Positions 24,148 through 29,085 of a stretch of DNA of 29,085 nucleotides are shown piece by piece. Made by a program: the position numbers and the translations under genes. How positions within the stretch are numbered: position 1 is the stretch's first letter; every line of letters starts with the position of its first letter. The notes below the pieces were generated by a model. It searched no databases and was not told the DNA's origin. It saw only the letters and a program-made list of their open reading frames with translations. This DNA is from a virus (Duplodnaviria > Caudoviricetes), in IMG/VR virus record IMGVR_UViG_3300032068_000006, positions 1 to 29,085 of that record; one strand, written 5' to 3'.

Positions 24148-25443
24148 TCAGCCGCCCTTGAACGCCTTGACCGCCGTGGTATCGACGAGGGTTCCGTCGC
24201 CGCGGAGCAGGCAGCGGAAGCTGATCAGGTCCGTGTCGAACTTGAAGTCGTCGGACCGCTCGAACCGTATCCCGCCCACCAATCGGACGAAGAACTGGGC
24301 GAAGTCGCCGAAGAACAGGGAGAAGTTCCCGGTGGCGACCGACTGGACGTACGGGTCGGCCACCAAGGGCTTTCCCAGGAGCAGGTCCGGCGACCCGAGG
24401 ACCGTGGACGGTTCCCACACCGGCCGCCCGACCGTGTCGGTGAGCTTCCGCAAAACAGCCACTGTTTTGTCCGCGCACATCCAATAGCACGACCTGGACT
24501 GGCGGTACGGGGCGATCACCGAGTACTCCATGTCCACCAGGTTCGCGTACGTGGGGCCGCCGGTGACCCAGTTGACCCCGGTCGGGCCGGTGGCGGTCGT
24601 CGGGCCCGTCACGCCCGGGCTGGCGGAGGTGGCGAACGTCAGCCCGGAGGGGACGGTGCTGCCCGCGCCGAGGATCAGGTCCGACCCGAACGCGTTCCCC
24701 ACCGCGCGGCCGGCCTGCATCGCCAGGTAACCCAGCAGGTCCACGGAGTTGTCGTCGATCAGCTCGCGTGCCACGTAGATGGTGCGGCCGTACTTGTACG
24801 CCGACAGGGTCGTCTGCGCGAACGTCGGGTCACCCGAGGTGATCTGCGCGCCCTGGCCAAATACCGCACCGGACACGTGCGCGGTCGCCTTCGGGATCTG
24901 CAGCGTCTCGCCGCCGCTGGTGTTCAGCACTGTCGGCCCGGCCTGCATGATGCCCGACACTTCGATCAGGTAGGCGATCAGGCGGTCGTAGAAGTCCGTC
25001 GGGACCACGCCGGTGCCGGTGCCGGAGTTCGACAGCAGGGTACGGACTTCTTCCATGCCGAACGTGCCGCCCTGGTGCTTCACCTCCAGCGACCGGGCTG
25101 CGCCCTGCGCGCCGCGGATCAGCGCGCGGATCTCCGCGTTGATGTCCCGCCCGTCGGAATCCGCCGGGTGGGAGTACCCGTCGGTGCCGCGGCGGTACTC
25201 GGCGGGGCGGCGGCCGATCGCGTCGAACGCCTTGTCCGTGTCGGACTGGCGCCGTTCCGCGGTCAGGACGCCCTCGAGCTGCCCGTCGACGGGGTCCATC
25301 TCCTCCATGAGCCGCTCCCACGTCCCCTGCTCCTCCGGGGTCATGTCACGGTTCTCGGTGGCCGCGTCCTCCACGTACTTGCGGGCCTCGGCCCACAACG
25401 ACTGCCTGCGGTCCTGCAGGCGCTTCGCAACCTCGCTTGCCAC
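24148..25443 (-). CDS. Major capsid protein, HK97 fold, with N-terminal delta (scaffold) domain
   Basis: 431 aa, GTG with GGAAGGGAG RBS. Coiled-coil N-terminus, then VPTDFYDRLI, LSAYKYG...VARELIDD, LLGKPLV, FFGDF and RGDG. Confidence 0.93.
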   Translation of the reverse strand: MASEVAKRLQDRRQSLWAEARKYVEDAATENRDMTPEEQGTWERLMEEMDPVDGQLEGVLTAERRQSDTDKAFDAIGRRPAEYRRGTDGYSHPADSDGRDINAEIRALIRGAQGAARSLEVKHQGGTFGMEEVRTLLSNSGTGTGVVPTDFYDRLIAYLIEVSGIMQAGPTVLNTSGGETLQIPKATAHVSGAVFGQGAQITSGDPTFAQTTLSAYKYGRTIYVARELIDDNSVDLLGYLAMQAGRAVGNAFGSDLILGAGSTVPSGLTFATSASPGVTGPTTATGPTGVNWVTGGPTYANLVDMEYSVIAPYRQSRSCYWMCADKTVAVLRKLTDTVGRPVWEPSTVLGSPDLLLGKPLVADPYVQSVATGNFSLFFGDFAQFFVRLVGGIRFERSDDFKFDTDLISFRCLLRGDGTLVDTTAVKAFKGG

Positions 25444-25538
25444 GGCGGCTGCTCCCTTCCAAGGGGTGGGTGAATGGTTGCCGTGCGCGGCCTCGGTTGC
25501 GTTGCCTGAAACCGCTATTCAGTTGTCCTGCGGGGAAG

Positions 25539-26450
25539 TCAGTCCAGCGGGGGGCCGAACCGCTTCTCCATCAGCTTCATCATCGCCGCCGCGCCGGTGA
25601 CCTTCGGCTGGTACGACGGCCGGTCGGTGCGGGCGAAGAACCGGCGCAGCTCATCCGCCGCGGCCATCGACCGGACCTCCTCCAGCGGCGCGGACATCGC
25701 CGCCGCCAGCGACCGCAGCCCCGCGGTCGCGTCCGGGTACGCCGGGTCCAGCACCGGCGCCACGTCCACCAGCTCCACATCGTGCAAGACCCGCATCGGG
25801 TAGTTCTGGTCCGTCGTGGACCACTCGTCGCCGCCGGCCGCGCAGCGGAACGCGAACGAGGAGAACCGGATGTCACGGCGCTCCACCAGCTCCAGGATGT
25901 CCGCGCGGGACTGCGGCGGCAGCACCGAGTAGTCCAGGCCGACCCCGTCGGTGGACAGCTGCAGGTACCCGCTGGCGGACGTGCCCAGGACCATGTTCGG
26001 GTCGTGGTTGTACCGGCAGACGACGTTCGGCCAGCTGTCCGCCCGGGACCGGTTGAACGCCCCGGTGCCCACCTTCTCCACGAACCCGCCGAGGTTGCGG
26101 GACAGCACGTCGAACACCGCCCCGTACCCGCCGATCCGCTGCCCGTCCGCCGCCGTGCGGACCTCGATCACGCCGGGGGTGAACCGCCGCTCCGTCTCCC
26201 CGCCGTGCGACCGGCCGCCGTTGTCACTGGCCACGTCCGCGCCGAGTTTCTTCATCGCGGCCCGGATGCGGTCCTTCACCTCGGACAGGGTGACACCGTT
26301 CATCGGGTACTGCGAGGCGTTCTTCGGCATGTTGATGTACGCCCACGCCGCCCGGATGTGCTCTTCGGTGTCGATGGGGTACTTGCCGTTCTTGGGGTCG
26401 GCATAGGTGACGTTGCCGTACGGCTTCTTGCTGCTGCTGCTGTCAGCCAT
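25539..26450 (-). CDS. HK97-family prohead protease with additional N-terminal domain (DUF6582-like)
   Basis: 303 aa. IGGYGAVF, FVEKVGTGAF, YNHD (His), SSFAF (Ser) and LVDVAPVLDPAYPDA. Extra N-terminal ~75 aa KPYGNVTYADP..KYPIDTEEHIRAAWAYIN. Confidence 0.88.
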   Translation of the reverse strand: MADSSSSKKPYGNVTYADPKNGKYPIDTEEHIRAAWAYINMPKNASQYPMNGVTLSEVKDRIRAAMKKLGADVASDNGGRSHGGETERRFTPGVIEVRTAADGQRIGGYGAVFDVLSRNLGGFVEKVGTGAFNRSRADSWPNVVCRYNHDPNMVLGTSASGYLQLSTDGVGLDYSVLPPQSRADILELVERRDIRFSSFAFRCAAGGDEWSTTDQNYPMRVLHDVELVDVAPVLDPAYPDATAGLRSLAAAMSAPLEEVRSMAAADELRRFFARTDRPSYQPKVTGAAAMMKLMEKRFGPPLD

Positions 26451-27858
26451 GCCCGTTTCCGTTTCCTTGGTTTACCGGCTGCTTACCGTTAGGGGACGCC
26501 TGCCCGTTGCTCGCGGCCGGGGCCTGCGTCGTGGGGTAGATCGGCGGCGGCGGCTGCGCCACCTGCGCCTCCTTCGCCAGGGTGAGCGCCTGCTCCCTGG
26601 CCAGCGTGTCCGCCGGGCTTTCGGTGACAAGGTTCTCGAACGACTTCGGGATCTCCTTGATCCCCCGCGCCATCGCCACCAGCACCTGCAACGGCAACGG
26701 GTCATCCCCGACCGCGCTGCTCACCAGCGGCAGGCCCTCCGCCCGGGCCACGTCGTTCTGCGTCATCACCCCGACATCCCGCGCCGTCCGGTACACGTTC
26801 CACCGCGTCTCCGGCGTCATCCGCAACCTGGCGTCCCGGTTGAACTGCATGTACTGCGACGCCGGCAGGTACTCCGCCAGCGCCTCCTCCAGCCGCACCA
26901 GCCACGGGTCCAGGGAATCCTGGATGAAACCGATCTGCTCCGATTCCACGTTCGAGTACCGCATGTCACCCGTGGACGTCGCCCCGCCGACCTTGTGCGC
27001 GGGCACCCCGTAGATCGCCGCGATCTGCGTCGCGTTCATCTGCATCGCATTCAGGAACTGCGCCTCATCCGGCGGCACCACGATCGGCGTGTACTCCCAG
27101 TCCCGGCCCAGCACCAGCGGCTCCCGGTTGCGCTGCACCGCCACCAGCTTCCGCCGGATCACGTTCGACTGCTCTTCCTCCACCTCATATTCGGCGTTCT
27201 TGAACACCCCCGGCGGCGCACCGCCGGACTTGTACCACCCCGCGCCGTACGCCAGGGCGTCCATGCCGGACTCGATCAGCATCTGGAAGTGGCGGATCAC
27301 CGACACCCCCCGCGTCTGCCCGGGGACCGTGAACGCCCGCACCAGCAGCAACTGCTCCCGCGGCACCGTCTTCCCGGCGTAGTAGAACCGGGTCTTCGCC
27401 GGGTTGAACGGGGAAGAGTCCTGCACCGCCATCAGCTCCGGCGGCAGCCATTCGACAGTGGTCGGGAATCCATACCCGTCGGTTTGGGTGATCAGCCCGA
27501 ACGCCGTCCCGTCCAGCGCCGCCGACGAAACGTACTGGTACTTCCAGTCGAACTTGTTCAGGAACGCCGACGGCTTCGACAGCAACTGCCCCAGGGGCAT
27601 CTTCACCTGCTGGTCACCGGCGTCGCGGAACTGCTCCCACGGCAACTGCGCCACGCCCTCAGCCAGCACCCGCACACACGAATACACCGGCTGCAACCGC
27701 AGCGCGCCGTCGATGCCGCCCGCACTGTACTGACGCGACGGGTGCAGCGGGCCGCCCACATCAAACCTTACGTACGGGTCATCCCACGGGCGCCACGGCA
27801 CCCCGCCGATCGCCCGCGACTCCGCCCGCGCCGCGTTCACCCGGTCAAGAACACCCAC
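26443..27858 (-). CDS. Phage portal protein, HK97 family
   Basis: VYSCVRVLAEGVAQLP, GVSVI, AQFLNAMQMNATQIAAIYGVP, YSNVESEQIGF and MTQNDVARAEGLP. Start is GTG 27858 (MGVLDRV) or GTG 27870. Confidence 0.93.
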   Translation of the reverse strand: MGVLDRVNAARAESRAIGGVPWRPWDDPYVRFDVGGPLHPSRQYSAGGIDGALRLQPVYSCVRVLAEGVAQLPWEQFRDAGDQQVKMPLGQLLSKPSAFLNKFDWKYQYVSSAALDGTAFGLITQTDGYGFPTTVEWLPPELMAVQDSSPFNPAKTRFYYAGKTVPREQLLLVRAFTVPGQTRGVSVIRHFQMLIESGMDALAYGAGWYKSGGAPPGVFKNAEYEVEEEQSNVIRRKLVAVQRNREPLVLGRDWEYTPIVVPPDEAQFLNAMQMNATQIAAIYGVPAHKVGGATSTGDMRYSNVESEQIGFIQDSLDPWLVRLEEALAEYLPASQYMQFNRDARLRMTPETRWNVYRTARDVGVMTQNDVARAEGLPLVSSAVGDDPLPLQVLVAMARGIKEIPKSFENLVTESPADTLAREQALTLAKEAQVAQPPPPIYPTTQAPAASNGQASPNGKQPVNQGNGNGHG

Positions 27859-27862
27859 AACG

Positions 27863-28147
27863 TCACGCACCCAGGCGCTTGGCCGCGTCGCGCCAGTGAT
27901 CCCGCTCCGCCGTCAGGCTCGTGATCTGCCGGCCCCGCGACGGGCCGTGCTCGGCCTCCCACCCCACCCGCACCGCCGTCCACGACCACGCGAACGCCAG
28001 CCACAACACGGCGAACGCCCGCGACGTCACCCACCCCAGCCCGAACAGGACCGCGGCGATCAAGGTGAGGACCGCGCGGCCGAACTTGACCTGCTTAGCC
28101 TGCTCGGTGATCTCATCAACCGGCACCCGGTCCAGCACTGCGGTCAT
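27863..28147 (-). CDS. Small membrane protein between terminase and portal
   Basis: 94 aa, ATGA overlap with the terminase stop, long hydrophobic Trp-rich segment. Confidence 0.7.
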   Translation of the reverse strand: MTAVLDRVPVDEITEQAKQVKFGRAVLTLIAAVLFGLGWVTSRAFAVLWLAFAWSWTAVRVGWEAEHGPSRGRQITSLTAERDHWRDAAKRLGA

Positions 28148-29085
28148 CCAACGCTCCTCAGCAGGTCATACGGTGCCAGCCGCCCGCGGCCGAACTTGTT
28201 GAACCCCCACAGCGCCAGCGACGCGCTCACGATCGGGCCCAAGTCCACGACCAGGTTCTTCCGGTCCCACGCCAGCGCGTCCGACAACGGCCGCGACGTC
28301 GCCCCCGCCAGCGACCGGTCCAGGGACTCCTGCCCCAGATGCCGCAGCCCCTTCGACGCCACCGCGTCACGGAACTGCCCGAACGCCTGCGCCGCATCCC
28401 GCGCACTGAACGGGCTGGCCACCTCCACCCCCGCCTTCAGCAGGCCCTCGATCAGCGCCCCCGCATGCGACGACGGGTCCACCACGATCGCGCACGGCCG
28501 GTGCCGCTTCCGCAACTCTGCAAGCCGCGGCACCACCCAGTTCACGTCCCGGTGGTGATCAACCACCTCCACGTGCGCCCGGCCATCCGGGCGCAGCCCG
28601 CACGCCGAAATCGTCGCCCACTGCTTGTGCGGCGCCACCAGCGTCACCTCAGCGCCGAAAGCCACCGGGTCACCCGCCGAGCTCGACGGGTCCGCCAGGG
28701 CGTCCCAGTCCTCCCGCGGGATCACCTGCCACGCATCCGCCAAGTCCGTCGGGTACATCCCCACCCCCAGCCGCTCCCGCGCAAACGCCCCCGCGTCCAA
28801 AGAAGCCCGCTCCAGCCCGATGTACTCCGGCGAAATCCTGATGCCCATCCCCGGATTCGCCCGCGCCCAATCCCGGGGATCCGCCGGATCGTAGTCATCC
28901 GGGTCCACCGACCACTCGAAAAACGCCAGCGACCCGTCCCCGCCGGCCAGGCCGCGCGCCCGGATGCGGCCCAGCTGCACCGACGTCGGCTCACCCGCCG
29001 TCGAGGTGTACCACACCTGCGGATTCGGCCTGGTCGACAGCGTCGGCAGCATCGACGCCATCGCGTCCTCAGAGATGTTGAACGC
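28144..29085 (-). CDS. terL: Terminase large subunit (5'-truncated by window edge)
   Basis: Frame is open to the window edge (AFNISEDAMASMLPTL). YTSTAG coupling motif, FFEWS, WARANPGMG, FARERLG and a C-terminal RNase H-like nuclease region; upstream of the portal. Confidence 0.9.
   Translation of the reverse strand, partial: AFNISEDAMASMLPTLSTRPNPQVWYTSTAGEPTSVQLGRIRARGLAGGDGSLAFFEWSVDPDDYDPADPRDWARANPGMGIRISPEYIGLERASLDAGAFARERLGVGMYPTDLADAWQVIPREDWDALADPSSSAGDPVAFGAEVTLVAPHKQWATISACGLRPDGRAHVEVVDHHRDVNWVVPRLAELRKRHRPCAIVVDPSSHAGALIEGLLKAGVEVASPFSARDAAQAFGQFRDAVASKGLRHLGQESLDRSLAGATSRPLSDALAWDRKNLVVDLGPIVSASLALWGFNKFGRGRLAPYDLLRSVG

Larger units (their letters stand above)
56..29085 (-). 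mobile_element. Siphovirus-type phage or prophage late region, probably with an actinobacterial host
   Basis: Canonical terminase-portal-protease-capsid-neck-tail-TMP-lysis order, very high GC, no sheath gene. No integrase or att site lies in the window, so phage versus prophage cannot be decided. Confidence 0.9.

Noticed and set aside
28640-28665. Terminase nuclease motif reads FGAEVT where Asp is more usual
   Set aside because: The change is conservative, the alignment was by eye only and the frame is intact, so this is insufficient to call the gene defective.

Overview
This very GC-rich window is almost entirely the late (virion morphogenesis and lysis) operon of an actinobacterial-type siphophage or prophage, read on the minus strand. 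Gene order is terminase large subunit (5'-truncated), small membrane protein, HK97-type portal, prohead protease, major capsid protein, an accessory block, head-tail adaptor, tail terminator-like protein, tail tube, gp10-like protein, tail assembly chaperone with a likely -1 frameshift, tape measure protein with a C-terminal lytic transglycosylase, a large GH/Ig/hub tail protein, a small tail protein, GH25-like endolysin and holin-like genes. The unusual feature is a nearly complete rare-sugar glycosylation pathway woven into the structural genes, mostly by overlapping start and stop codons. It comprises an NDP-glucose 4,6-dehydratase, a DegT-type aminotransferase, a GNAT acetyltransferase, three glycosyltransferases and an antisense GT/O-methyltransferase fusion. 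It sits beside Ser/Thr-rich repeat proteins and two putative virion glycoside hydrolases. The most economical reading (inference) is a phage-encoded virion glycosylation system making an N-acetylated, possibly O-methylated 4-amino-4,6-dideoxyhexose. All family calls come from motif recognition by eye; no database searches were run.
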